IMG/VR virus record: IMGVR_UViG_3300044667_000059 | Span: 1-60,539 of that record | Length of the DNA: 60,539 nucleotides | Origin: a virus | Taxonomy: Duplodnaviria; Caudoviricetes | Reading direction: 5' to 3' (one strand) | Part shown: positions 17,649-27,029 of the stretch, one piece after another | How positions within the stretch are numbered: the stretch's first letter is position 1 | Layout of the letters: each line of letters opens with the position of its first letter | Program-made: the position numbers and the translations under genes | Notes under the pieces: generated by a model | Databases searched by the model: none | The model's input: the letters and a program-made list of their open reading frames with translations, nothing else | What the model was told of the DNA's origin: nothing

Positions 17649-17885
17649 ATGACCACCCTCGCTGGCTACTGGACCGAGAAGCGGATGCAGATCTGGTCCC
17701 ACATGACGCCCGCCGAGCGGGACCACGACCGCTACGTCGGTGTGTACCCGCCGGGAGATAGCGCCTACGAGACCGAAGGCGCACGGGAAGCGGCCGTGAC
17801 GCAGGCCGACGAGATGTACGACGACGCCACGTGCACCTGTCACATCAACCCGCCGTGCACGTTCTGCACGTCGCAGCCCGGCTGA
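17649..17885 (+). CDS. Hypothetical protein with C-terminal CxCH..PPC..C
   Basis: GGAG RBS. Confidence 0.65.
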   Translation: MTTLAGYWTEKRMQIWSHMTPAERDHDRYVGVYPPGDSAYETEGAREAAVTQADEMYDDATCTCHINPPCTFCTSQPG

Positions 17886-17911
17886 CCCCCGACCCCGAGG
17901 AGACCACCACC

Positions 17912-18139
17912 ATGACCACCCAACGCCCGCTGATCGGTCCTGAGCCGTACTACCCCACGCCCTGGCGTGTCGCGGAGAAGCGCGGCAACCACCACGTCAT
18001 CGAGTGCAGTGAGGGCCACTACTGCGCGGAGGTGCCGAACGGAGCGCTGGCCGAACTGATCGTCGCAGTCGTGAACAACGCCGCGCCGGACGCGGACCCG
18101 TCGGTGTGCGCTGCTGCCGGGACGGAGGACGACCGGTGA
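17912..18139 (+). CDS. Hypothetical protein
   Basis: GAGGAG RBS; PTPWRV...AELIVAVVN. Confidence 0.65.
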   Translation: MTTQRPLIGPEPYYPTPWRVAEKRGNHHVIECSEGHYCAEVPNGALAELIVAVVNNAAPDADPSVCAAAGTEDDR

Positions 18140-18366
18140 GCACACCCGATCTGGACCCGTGGCTGATCGAAGCCGCGCAGGACGTCGCGGAGGCGACGAG
18201 CAGCAGCCTGCCCGAAGCGCTCACCGCCGTAGCGCATGTCTTCGACGCGGTGAACAACGCCATGGACGACGAGGACGCGGACGAGTTCTGGCCGCAGCCG
18301 GGTGATCTGGCGCTGCTGGCTCAGTCCATCCGCAACTGCCTCGACGCCGAGGAGCGCACGTCATGA
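18136..18366 (+). CDS. Hypothetical acidic protein
   Basis: GTGA overlap, GGAGG RBS. Confidence 0.65.
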   Translation: MSTPDLDPWLIEAAQDVAEATSSSLPEALTAVAHVFDAVNNAMDDEDADEFWPQPGDLALLAQSIRNCLDAEERTS

Positions 18367-18863
18367 CCGAGATCCCCGACAGTCTCGCCGACGCCTACCG
18401 TCGGGGTGACGCGTACTGCGACGCCTACCACGCCCTGTACGTCCTCGTCCGCACCCCAGGCCTGGCTGATGCGGAGCGGGAGCGCCGGGCCGACGAGATC
18501 CACGCACGGCTCAAGGCCGCTCGTGAGGCTGGGCGGTCACCGGAACCGGTCGAGTCGCGTCCGCACGTGAACGAGACCAGCACCGGCGGATTCATGTCCC
18601 GTGACCGTCTCCCCGGTGAGGGGTATCGGGGAGCGACGAGCGAGCCGCGCAAGCCGACCGTGTGGCGTGTCGACTCGGTGCCCGATCCAGACGACGAGCC
18701 CAACCCGACCGGGTGGCTGTACCGCGAGGACGGCGGCATGTGGCAGGTCAAGACCGAGTCTGGCAAGTGGTCGCTGTCCGGGTGGACCAACCGCAAGGCG
18801 ATGCAGGACGCGGGCTACGTGCTGTCCGAGGTGCTGGCTGAGACACCAGGAGGCGGGCAGTGA
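18363..18863 (+). CDS. Hypothetical protein
   Basis: ATGA overlap. Confidence 0.7.
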   Translation: MTEIPDSLADAYRRGDAYCDAYHALYVLVRTPGLADAERERRADEIHARLKAAREAGRSPEPVESRPHVNETSTGGFMSRDRLPGEGYRGATSEPRKPTVWRVDSVPDPDDEPNPTGWLYREDGGMWQVKTESGKWSLSGWTNRKAMQDAGYVLSEVLAETPGGGQ

Positions 18864-19375
18864 GCGACGAGGAAGATCACGAATTGGCGAGCGACCAGCG
18901 AGCCGATGAGATCATGCGGCTCGCGGAGTGGTACCGCGCCCGCTGGGGCTATGCAGAGATGAACAGTCACATCCTCGACCGGGCGCGGGAGACGCACGAG
19001 GCGTTGGCTGCTGCCGGGTTGCTCGCCGCGCAGCACCCCACCATCCCTGATGACGTTGTGGACGATCTGGTCGACTGGTGGCATGCGTACGGGTCGCTCC
19101 AACCGTGGCGTGTGACGGGTGCCGTGTTGCCGATGGACCTGCGTAAGGCAGCGCAACTGCTGTTCGATCACTTGCTGCCGACGGTGGACGCATCCCTGCC
19201 CGACGAACCCTCGGACGAGACGATCGAACGCGCGGCCGAAGCATCGTGGAACGACTGGTGGCGCAACGTCCCTGACCACACGGCGTGGTCAAACGTGACA
19301 AAAGCCGAGAAGGACGAGTGGCGGTCGTCGGCCCGTGCCGCTCTTGCGGCTATGAAGGAGAAGACCGATGGCTGA
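18860..19375 (+). CDS. Hypothetical protein
   Basis: GTGA overlap. Confidence 0.7.
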   Translation: MSDEEDHELASDQRADEIMRLAEWYRARWGYAEMNSHILDRARETHEALAAAGLLAAQHPTIPDDVVDDLVDWWHAYGSLQPWRVTGAVLPMDLRKAAQLLFDHLLPTVDASLPDEPSDETIERAAEASWNDWWRNVPDHTAWSNVTKAEKDEWRSSARAALAAMKEKTDG

Positions 19376-19625
19376 GTTCCACATCTCTCAGCAGAAAATC
19401 CGCGAAGTCACTGCGTTGAGCGTCTATGACAACCACGTGATCACGACCCACTACCCGGTCGGTGGTCGTCATGAGGCGCGCTGCTCCTGCGACTGGATAA
19501 GTCCTGATGCCTACCGGGATGTGCACGACGCGCGACAAGCTGGCCAGCGACACCAAGAGGACCAGCTGACGCGGGAACTAGCCGAGCTCGGCATTGGTGA
19601 TGGGGAGGCGGCCAACCATGGCTGA
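19368..19625 (+). CDS. Hypothetical protein (CxC...H motif)
   Basis: AAGGAG RBS. Confidence 0.65.
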   Translation: MAEFHISQQKIREVTALSVYDNHVITTHYPVGGRHEARCSCDWISPDAYRDVHDARQAGQRHQEDQLTRELAELGIGDGEAANHG

Positions 19626-20154
19626 CGAGCGGGCCACGATCGAGCAGATCGTCCGGGCGTGGAAGTTCCAGCGGGGCGACGAGCGGGGTCTGGAAGGGCG
19701 CCTCGTTGACGCGCTGGACCGGTTCGTCGCCCCGATCGTGGCTGAGCGGCAGGAGCAGTCGGATCTCGCTGACCGCTGTCACGCCGCCGAAAACCGCGTC
19801 ATCGAGGAACTGGTGAAGGTCCGGGCCGAGCGGGACCGGCTGCGGCGCGACAGCGAACCCACGCTTCTCACCGTGGAGAACGGTTTTCAAGGCTGCACCG
19901 ACCGCAACCCTGACGTCTGTGCGTGCGGCAAGGACGACAGGATCTGGTGCGCGGCCTGCTCCGAGGAGATCGAGGACGGCCAAGAGGCGTACTTCCTGAG
20001 CTTCCCGGAGCACGTCTACCTGTCCATCGATCACCCGGATCAGGAATGGACCACGGTGTGGTGGCACAAGGACTGCGACCAGCGCGACTACGTGGCACCG
20101 CCGGTTGATCACTTGTTGGCGACGGAGGTGGGGAGCGATGGCGCACCTTTCTGA
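19618..20154 (+). CDS. Hypothetical protein with Cys motifs
   Basis: GGAGG RBS; CACG, CAAC. Confidence 0.65.
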   Translation: MADERATIEQIVRAWKFQRGDERGLEGRLVDALDRFVAPIVAERQEQSDLADRCHAAENRVIEELVKVRAERDRLRRDSEPTLLTVENGFQGCTDRNPDVCACGKDDRIWCAACSEEIEDGQEAYFLSFPEHVYLSIDHPDQEWTTVWWHKDCDQRDYVAPPVDHLLATEVGSDGAPF

Positions 20155-21379
20155 CGACGAGCGAGCGGAGTTCGACCGGCTACGCGCGGAGATCGTTGCC
20201 TGCCACGAGTTCCAGAACGGGGTCGCTGCGATCCTGGGCATGGACCATGATTGGGACCCGGACAGCCGGCGTGCACTTCTGGATGCGGTGGACGGCCTGC
20301 TGGCCGAGCGCAACCAGGCGACGCAGCAGGCACAGCGCTACCTGGAAGGCGCCGAGGCCGAGCGGGAGCGCGCGGCATCGGAGGCCCGTGCCGTGGACAC
20401 CCTGCGGCAGGCTTTTCGCGAGATGCGGGAAGACCGCGACGTGGAACGCGGCAAGCGTGCCCAGGCAGAGCACGAGCGGGACACGGCACGGCGCGAACGC
20501 GACGCGCACGTCCACACGCTCGATCACGTGCTGGACGAACTACATAAGGCGTTGGGTGGCAACCCGGAGGACGCAAGTCTGGCCACGTTCCCGGACGCAC
20601 TGGAGACAGTGCACGAGTTGCGGGAGCGTGCGGCCGAGCGGGACCGCTACCGGCTGGCGTGGCAGTCCGCACAACGTCGTGCCCGGGGATGCCGCGACGC
20701 GCGGGACGCCGAACGGCGGAGCCGGTTCCAGGTGATCGCCGCGTGGGAGTCGGCGCGGTCTCGTGTGGCTGTCCTGGAGCAGCGGCTCCAGCAGGCCGGA
20801 GAGTTCCACCGCGAGGTGCGCGACTTGCAGGTCGCGGCAGCGGTGCGGGGGCAGCAGTACCACCTGAAGGCCCAGTATGCCGGCGGGGAAGAGAACGTCA
20901 GCCTGCTGCATCGAGGCTACGAGGCATTCGACTTCAACGTGATGTTGAAAGAACTGCTCGTGCGGTTCGCCGACCTCGCGCCAATCGAACTGACCGTCGA
21001 GGAGGCGCGTGAGGCGTTCGAGGACGAGCGGGGTGCTACCCAACCCGCCGAGACGCCACAACCGGACCCGTGGGGTGGTGCGAACCTCGCCTCGTGTGGA
21101 GACCCGGACTGCCGGTGCGCGGACCTGGTCGACTTCGACGCAGCCCTTCGGCAGGCCGGTCACGTCCCGGATGCCGTGGCTGGTCCCGTGCCACAGGAGC
21201 AGCCCACGCGCGTTCAGATCGGCATCGACGGCCCGGAGATCTGCGGCATACGAGTCGGCGAGCCTGATCGGCTCGGTGGGCGTGCGCTCTGTCCTCTCAA
21301 GCCTGGCCACGTCGGCGACCACGTACCGGATGCCAGCGATGCACCGGATGATCAGCGCGTGTCGGACAGTGAGGAGTAG
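20138..21379 (+). CDS. Coiled-coil hypothetical protein
   Basis: E/R/A-rich heptads; RYRLAWQSA; C-terminal C..GH.G.H. Confidence 0.75.
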   Translation: MAHLSDDERAEFDRLRAEIVACHEFQNGVAAILGMDHDWDPDSRRALLDAVDGLLAERNQATQQAQRYLEGAEAERERAASEARAVDTLRQAFREMREDRDVERGKRAQAEHERDTARRERDAHVHTLDHVLDELHKALGGNPEDASLATFPDALETVHELRERAAERDRYRLAWQSAQRRARGCRDARDAERRSRFQVIAAWESARSRVAVLEQRLQQAGEFHREVRDLQVAAAVRGQQYHLKAQYAGGEENVSLLHRGYEAFDFNVMLKELLVRFADLAPIELTVEEAREAFEDERGATQPAETPQPDPWGGANLASCGDPDCRCADLVDFDAALRQAGHVPDAVAGPVPQEQPTRVQIGIDGPEICGIRVGEPDRLGGRALCPLKPGHVGDHVPDASDAPDDQRVSDSEE

Positions 21380-21383
21380 GACC

Positions 21384-21608
21384 GTGGCAACTGACGAACT
21401 GGCCAAGGCGCTCGTAGACGCGGCCGAGTACGCCATGGACGAGGCGCACATCAACGCCGAGTACGCGAAGGAGCCGAGCGGGCCGGAATTGGCCCGTGCG
21501 GCTGTAGCCGCAACCCTGCGCGTGTTCGTCTCGTGCTGTGACTACCCGACCGATCGGCGGTCGCTGGCGGCCCTGGCCGAGCGTGTGGAGCGTGACCAGC
21601 GTGACTGA
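21384..21608 (+). CDS. Hypothetical protein
   Basis: RBS present; operon position. Confidence 0.6.
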   Translation: MATDELAKALVDAAEYAMDEAHINAEYAKEPSGPELARAAVAATLRVFVSCCDYPTDRRSLAALAERVERDQRD

Positions 21609-21849
21609 CCAGTCCGATGTCGCCGTGCTCCTCGCTTGGCTGAAAGTCGAAGGCGATGTCCTCGAAGCCGTCCGCGACGGCTGGACCGGCGCGGACATCA
21701 CCCACCGCACCATGGACCAGGTCCACCCGTGCCTCCGGTGCGGTCAACAGGCACAACTCGCGTACGTGGCCCACACCGACAAGGGTCCCCGCTGGCTCGA
21801 CCTGTGCCCCCCCTGCGGCTACGCAGCACGCAAAGCGAACGGAGGATGA
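21601..21849 (+). CDS. Zinc-ribbon hypothetical protein
   Basis: CLRC...WLDLCPPC. Confidence 0.65.
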   Translation: MTDQSDVAVLLAWLKVEGDVLEAVRDGWTGADITHRTMDQVHPCLRCGQQAQLAYVAHTDKGPRWLDLCPPCGYAARKANGG

Positions 21850-21852
21850 CCC

Positions 21853-22104
21853 GTGGCTGATCTGGAGACCGAGATCCGGCAACGGCTCGCTGCGCACGCG
21901 CAGGACGAAGGGTTCCTGCGGCACTCCGAAGCCGTGGCCGCTCTCCGTGCCGTGCTGGACCTGCACCCGACATCCGATGTCGACGGTCTGATCGTGAACG
22001 GCAGACCGGCACGCGAGTGCAAATCGTGCGGGCTGCTGCTGGGCGAGCAACGATGCCGAACGGTCCTCGCTGTGGCCCGTGAGCTGGGCGTGGAGACGAC
22101 ATGA
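21853..22104 (+). CDS. Hypothetical protein
   Basis: GGAGG RBS; ALRAVLDLH...CKSC...CRTV. Confidence 0.65.
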   Translation: MADLETEIRQRLAAHAQDEGFLRHSEAVAALRAVLDLHPTSDVDGLIVNGRPARECKSCGLLLGEQRCRTVLAVARELGVETT

Positions 22105-22259
22105 CCGCCGAGCACGGACGCTGCGACAGCGTCTACCACCTGCCACTTCCTCTCGACGTCCGATGCACGGACACGCGTGGCCACGACGGCGAGCACAGGT
22201 CCGGGTGGATGAGCTGGGCCGACGACAACGAACACGCCCGCCGGTTGGAGCCATCGTGA
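22101..22259 (+). CDS. Small Cys/His protein (52 aa)
   Basis: ATGA overlap; C....GHDGEH. Confidence 0.5.
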   Translation: MTAEHGRCDSVYHLPLPLDVRCTDTRGHDGEHRSGWMSWADDNEHARRLEPS

Positions 22260-22308
22260 TCTCCCTGCCGCCCGTCACCCGCCCCACCCGCAACCACAGG
22301 AGACACGC

Positions 22309-22542
22309 ATGACCATGACCGCCGACGAAGTGATGTTGATGTCCATCCTGGTCCACAAGCTCGGCGGAGCCGTGGACATCACCGAACGCGAACTGCGCGA
22401 GTTCGACCGCGCCACCACGCTCGTGACGATGGTCGGGCCGATGGACCGTCCCGGCGTGGGCGTCCGCCTCGAACTGGACGAGCCAGCCATCGTTGTCGAT
22501 GCCGAGCGGGAGCCGGCCCGAGCGATCGAGGCTGCGCCGTGA
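22309..22542 (+). CDS. Hypothetical protein
   Basis: AGGAG RBS. Confidence 0.65.
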   Translation: MTMTADEVMLMSILVHKLGGAVDITERELREFDRATTLVTMVGPMDRPGVGVRLELDEPAIVVDAEREPARAIEAAP

Positions 22543-22687
22543 CGTCGGACCCGGACGGGCCCGACCGGGAACGGGTCAGCGGGCGGCTGGAGCTGGAACC
22601 GGCGGTGATCTACGACCAGCTACGGGACGAGTTTGCATCCGCAAGTGCCACGTTTTCGCAGGTGGCACCCAAACCGAATGGGACATC

Positions 22688-23101
22688 ATGCGACTCTGGC
22701 CAGTAAACCGGACAGAGCTGGAGACCACCCCACCAGCTCCACCGCGCACCTACGAGTTCAAGAGCCGCAACCGCCGCCACACCTGGAAGGTCACTGGCGG
22801 CTACGACCCGGACCAGGACGGCGACGAGCCACGCTGGGGACGCGTCGCCATCGAATGCACCACCTGCGGCGAGACACGCCGCGTCGGCCGTGACGCGTAT
22901 GCGGAGAACGCCATCGGCCTGCGCTACGGCTGCCTGCGCACCTCGACGTCCCCACAGTTCGAACGCGGCGACCTCGTGGCCCTCCCCGATGGGCGGCTCG
23001 ACGAGTTCGTTGCCTACCTGTCCGACGACATGGCCGTCACCTACAACGCTGGTGGCCACAGCCACGAAGAACGAGTGGAAGACCTAAAGGTGTACCGATG
23101 A
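22688..23101 (+). CDS. Hypothetical protein
   Basis: ATGA overlap with next gene; CTTC; start uncertain. Confidence 0.55.
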   Translation: MRLWPVNRTELETTPPAPPRTYEFKSRNRRHTWKVTGGYDPDQDGDEPRWGRVAIECTTCGETRRVGRDAYAENAIGLRYGCLRTSTSPQFERGDLVALPDGRLDEFVAYLSDDMAVTYNAGGHSHEERVEDLKVYR

Positions 23102-23640
23102 AGCGAATCATCCCTACCCTGCTCGCCGGCGCGGCACTCCTCGCCGGCTGCGCTACAACTTCCGTTGGAAGTTCGAGCGCACCGTCCAACGCAATCGCCG
23201 TCACCGTTGGCTCCTGCCACGCCGGCAGCGACCACGGCCAACCCCTCCCCGACCCGAGGTGCACACCGGGAGCGGTCAACCCGGCGGTGACGCAGGCGAA
23301 CATCGCGACAACGATCTGCCGGCGTGGCTGGACGAAGACCGTTCGGCCACCCCAGAGCTACACCGAGACCCTGAAGCGCCAGCAGATCACCCAGTACGGC
23401 TATTCGGACAAGCGGATGGGATCGTACGAAGAGGATCATCTTGTAAGTCTGGAGCTCGGCGGCGCCCCGTCCGACCCGGCCAACCTATGGCCCGAACCGG
23501 GCGCGTCACCCAACCCGAAAGATGCGGTGGAGGGGGCTCTCAACCGCGCCATCTGTTCGCACCGGGTCACGTTGGCTGCCGCCCAGCAGGCCATCGCCAG
23601 CGACTGGACCACCGCCGAAGCGCGCCTCGGGATCGGCTGA
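23098..23640 (+). CDS. Secreted lipoprotein with HNH-like (His-Me) nuclease motif
   Basis: Signal peptide with lipobox LAGC; YEEDHLVSLELGG...NLWPE...KDAVE. Confidence 0.75.
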   Translation: MKRIIPTLLAGAALLAGCATTSVGSSSAPSNAIAVTVGSCHAGSDHGQPLPDPRCTPGAVNPAVTQANIATTICRRGWTKTVRPPQSYTETLKRQQITQYGYSDKRMGSYEEDHLVSLELGGAPSDPANLWPEPGASPNPKDAVEGALNRAICSHRVTLAAAQQAIASDWTTAEARLGIG

Positions 23641-23643
23641 CCG

Positions 23644-23871
23644 TCACTCCTCGGTGTCGGTGGTGTGGTCGTCCTCGTCGTAGATGGTGCGGCCGTGCGC
23701 GCGGCCCCAGGCGACCACTTCGGTTCGCAGCCAGAACACGCCGGCAGTCAGGACATCGAAGGGCGCGGGGAAGTCGGGCTCGCGGGTGAGGTTCTGGGCC
23801 TGCGTCTTGCCGACGCCGAACATCTTCTCGATCTCGGCGCGTCCGACAAGTCTCCCCACGATCGGCAGCAT
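23644..23871 (-). CDS. AlpA/excisionase-like HTH regulator of the transfer module
   Basis: LVGRAEIEKMFGV...DFPAP...GVFWLRTEVVAW. Confidence 0.8.
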   Translation of the reverse strand: MLPIVGRLVGRAEIEKMFGVGKTQAQNLTREPDFPAPFDVLTAGVFWLRTEVVAWGRAHGRTIYDEDDHTTDTEE

Positions 23872-23927
23872 ATGAGCACACTACTGGTCGATCTGCCACT
23901 GTTCGATCGACCAGCTAGAGTGTCGCC
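23872..23927. promoter_or_regulatory. Divergent leaderless promoters with inverted-repeat operator
   Basis: IR CTGGTCGATC (23884-23893) / GATCGACCAG (23905-23914); -10-like TAGAGT (+) and TAGTGT (-), each 6 nt before an ATG. Confidence 0.65.
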
Positions 23928-24680
23928 ATGTCCACCACGCCAGTCCTCGACCGGGCGCGCCAGGCGATCGCCCAGGCGAAAGCCGACGGCGCGCCGGCGC
24001 CAGGCCGGGCGAAGCTGGCGAAACTACTGGACATCAGCCAGTACGAGGCGCGAGTAGCCCTGGAGAGCCTGGCGGCCGAGCAGACGCCCACCGGCACCAG
24101 CACGCCGCCCGTGGCGGACACGCCCGCCAGTGAGCCCGCCACGCCACCAGAACCGGCCGCCAGCGAGGCAGCCAGTCCGCCGCCACCTTCCCCGGGCGAC
24201 GGGGTGGCCGCCGCACCACCCGCCACGTCGGCCGCCAGCGAGACGCCAGGGCGCCGGGGCTGGCCGGTGATCCTGCTCGCCGCGCCCGCGTTCGTCGCCA
24301 TCTGGTCCGGCTGGGTCGGTGTCGGTGCCCTCACCGGCTTCGGACCGGTTCACCTGCTGCCGGGTATCGCGGACCGGTTCACGATCAACTCGGCGATCAC
24401 CCTGCCGATCGGGCTGGAGACCTACGCCGCCTACGCGCTACGGGTGTGGCTGGCCAGCGTTGGCGGCTGGCGGGCGCGGCGGTTCGCCAAGCGGTCCGCC
24501 ATCACCTCGCTCGTGCTCGGCGCCCTGGGTCAGGTCGCGTACCACCTGATGACCGCCGCCCGGGTCACGGTCGCACCGTGGCCGATCACCACAGTCGTGG
24601 CGTGCCTGCCCGTGGTCGTCCTCGGGTTCGGCGCCGCCCTGCATCACCTCGTCGCAGAAGACCAGCGGAGCCGGCCGTGA
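23928..24680 (+). CDS. SpdA/DUF2637-like spread membrane protein with N-terminal HTH
   Basis: PGRAKLAKLLDISQYEAR HTH, Pro-rich linker, four TM segments (FVAIWSGWVG...ITLPIGLETYAAYAL); directly before traB. Confidence 0.72.
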   Translation: MSTTPVLDRARQAIAQAKADGAPAPGRAKLAKLLDISQYEARVALESLAAEQTPTGTSTPPVADTPASEPATPPEPAASEAASPPPPSPGDGVAAAPPATSAASETPGRRGWPVILLAAPAFVAIWSGWVGVGALTGFGPVHLLPGIADRFTINSAITLPIGLETYAAYALRVWLASVGGWRARRFAKRSAITSLVLGALGQVAYHLMTAARVTVAPWPITTVVACLPVVVLGFGAALHHLVAEDQRSRP

Positions 24681-26785
24681 CCGGAGAAGTCGCGAAGCCC
24701 AGCGTCAAGGACATCGACGAGTCGGATGCGGAGCTCGTCGACGGTGAGCTGGTGGACGACGAGCCGCCAGCCAGCGACCGGGCGCCGGCGTGGCTACCCC
24801 GCCAGGACCGCGCCACCCGCCGCCACCCGCGCGCCCGCGTGGCCGCCCTGTTCGCCATCCGCCACGCCATCCTCGTCGCCCAGGGTCACCAGTCGTGGGC
24901 GCAGCGGATGTTGGCGGCCGCCACCCACGGGCACGCCCGGGAGCAGATCGAGCAGGCGAAGGCCGCTGGCGACCACGAGCGCCTGGCTGCGTGGATCGAC
25001 CGGCTCCAGCAGCTCCGCGAGAAACGCCAGGCGCGGATCAAGGCCCTGCCGCACACCGTGCTGGCGGCCGCCCGGATGACGTGCGCCGCTGTCCTGGCGT
25101 TCGCTGCACTGCTGCTGGTGATCGGGATCGTCGCCAAGGTCGGCATGGGCCGCGCCGGGTGGACAGGGTGGTGGCATGGTGTCGCCACCGCTGGCCACGT
25201 GGTGAGCGTCCTGGTGAGTGTTGGCGCCCTGGCGGTCGTGTATGGCGCCATCCCCGGGTGGCTGGCATTGGCCTGGCGGGAAGGCCGGCGGCGCGGGCGG
25301 CCGATCACGTGGGCCATGGCACCCAAGCAGGTCGAGGCGCAGGGCTCGATCATCACGCCGAGCGGGATCGCCGAGGCGCTGAACCACCTGCCGATCGCCG
25401 AACTCAAGCGGGAGATCAAGAAGGGCTGGACGGTGAAGTTCGTCGTGCCACCGGTCAAGGTCGGCGACCGCGGCTACGAAACGATCTTCGAACTGCCGCT
25501 CGGCGTGACCGTCGACATGATCGCCGACGCCCGTCCCGTCCTGGCCCGCAACCTGGCCCGTTCGACGATGGAGGTGTGGCCCACCCAGGAGGAGGACCAC
25601 AACGGCATCTGCCACCTCTGGGTCGCCAACCCCGGGGCCACCAAGCGCCCAGCACCGCCGTATCCGCTGCTCACCAGCGGTGTCGTCGATGTGTTCGCGG
25701 GCGTCCCGTGTGGCGTGTCGCAGCGGGGCGATGTGATCGCGCCGCCGCTGTTCGAAGCGAACTTCGTGTTCGGCGGCCTGCCCGGTCAGGGCAAGTCCAA
25801 CGCGGTCCGGGTGGTCATGCTCGGCGCCGCCCTCGATCCGATCGCGGAGCTGTGGGTGTTCGTTTTCGCAGGTAACGGCGACTTCGACGTCTACCAGCCT
25901 CGCCTGGCCCGCTACCACCGCGGCACCGGTCCCGAGGTGATCGACGCGGCTATCAGCAGTCTGGACGAGCTGTACAACGAGATCGGTCGCCGCGAACAAC
26001 GCATCGCCGAACTGGGGGTCAAGAAGGTCTCGCGTGCGGTTGCCGAGAAACACCCGGACCTGCGGCCGATTGTCGCCGCATTCTCCGAGGTCCACGGCCT
26101 GTTCGGCGCCGGGAAGGCCGGCAAGGCGGCGGCCGAGACGGCGGTGGATGTGGTCAAGCGGGGTCGCAAGGTCGGGATCATCCTGCTGTTCGACACGCAG
26201 TCAGCCCGCAAGGACGCGATTCCCCTGGCGCTGGTCGAGAACGTGTCCAGTAACACCTGCTTCTACGTGAAGACGTGGCGTAACAACGACGGCTTCCTGG
26301 GTGACGGCAGCTTCCAGGCTGGCATCCGGGCGACCGAGCTGCGGTACAACGTGGACCGCGGTACGAGCGTGTCGACGGGTTTTTCGGACGAGGCGTTCGA
26401 AATCCTCCGCTGGTACTACATCGCCGCCGATGACACCGGCTACGACCAGGCCGCAGAGGTCATTGCGCGGGCGATGAAGCGGGTGCACAGGTCGGTCCCG
26501 GTAGGTGGTCGTGGCGGCGTGTTGGCTCCGGAGCGTCGGGACCTGTTCGAGGACCTGGACGAGGTGCTCGACGGAGACCGGGTGAACGCGCCGGATGTGG
26601 CGGCGTGGCTGCGGGAACTGGCCCCGGACTGGGGTCCGTATCGAGCGCTGACGGGTGTCGATCTGAAGCGGCAGTTGGAGGCTGCCGGGATCAAGGTCCC
26701 GACGACCGGCAACAAGTTGTGGATCGATCCGCTGTCGGTTCGCAGGGTCTTGGCGGCTCGCTCGACAGCGGATCTGGACGAGTGA
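24677..26785 (+). CDS. traB: TraB-type FtsK/SpoIIIE conjugative dsDNA translocase
   Basis: GTGA coupling; two N-terminal TM helices; GGLPGQGKS Walker A; AAFSEVH Walker B region; KRGRKVGI...TQ; C-terminal wHTH-like domain. Confidence 0.88.
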   Translation: MTGEVAKPSVKDIDESDAELVDGELVDDEPPASDRAPAWLPRQDRATRRHPRARVAALFAIRHAILVAQGHQSWAQRMLAAATHGHAREQIEQAKAAGDHERLAAWIDRLQQLREKRQARIKALPHTVLAAARMTCAAVLAFAALLLVIGIVAKVGMGRAGWTGWWHGVATAGHVVSVLVSVGALAVVYGAIPGWLALAWREGRRRGRPITWAMAPKQVEAQGSIITPSGIAEALNHLPIAELKREIKKGWTVKFVVPPVKVGDRGYETIFELPLGVTVDMIADARPVLARNLARSTMEVWPTQEEDHNGICHLWVANPGATKRPAPPYPLLTSGVVDVFAGVPCGVSQRGDVIAPPLFEANFVFGGLPGQGKSNAVRVVMLGAALDPIAELWVFVFAGNGDFDVYQPRLARYHRGTGPEVIDAAISSLDELYNEIGRREQRIAELGVKKVSRAVAEKHPDLRPIVAAFSEVHGLFGAGKAGKAAAETAVDVVKRGRKVGIILLFDTQSARKDAIPLALVENVSSNTCFYVKTWRNNDGFLGDGSFQAGIRATELRYNVDRGTSVSTGFSDEAFEILRWYYIAADDTGYDQAAEVIARAMKRVHRSVPVGGRGGVLAPERRDLFEDLDEVLDGDRVNAPDVAAWLRELAPDWGPYRALTGVDLKRQLEAAGIKVPTTGNKLWIDPLSVRRVLAARSTADLDE

Positions 26786-26936
26786 GCCCGCCATGATCGA
26801 GTTAGGTTTCTCACTCCCCACCTCACTGGCGGTCTGGCCTGCGGAAAGTGAGGTCAGTGAGGCGAGTGAGGTCACGGTTTTCGGGGGTCTGGAACCCCCG
26901 GTTTTCACGGTCTGGCGATGGTCGTCGGACCTCACT
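26781..26936. repeat. clt-like cluster of AGTGAG(G) repeats (putative TraB recognition sites)
   Basis: AGTGAGG at 26847, 26856, 26865 (9-bp period), AGTGAG at 26781; inverted copies at 26810, 26821, 26930; immediately 3' of traB. Confidence 0.7.
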
Positions 26937-27029
26937 TTTGAGCGGAAGGTGATCTTCGTGATCTGCAAGAAATGCGGCGAGCCGATTTGGGGTCCGATCA
27001 GTGACCACAACTCCTGAAAGGAGGGACCG

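Noticed and set aside
26793-27017. 74-aa ORF after traB
   Set aside because: Runs through the clt-like repeats; at most a 22-aa tail (26949-27017) might be real
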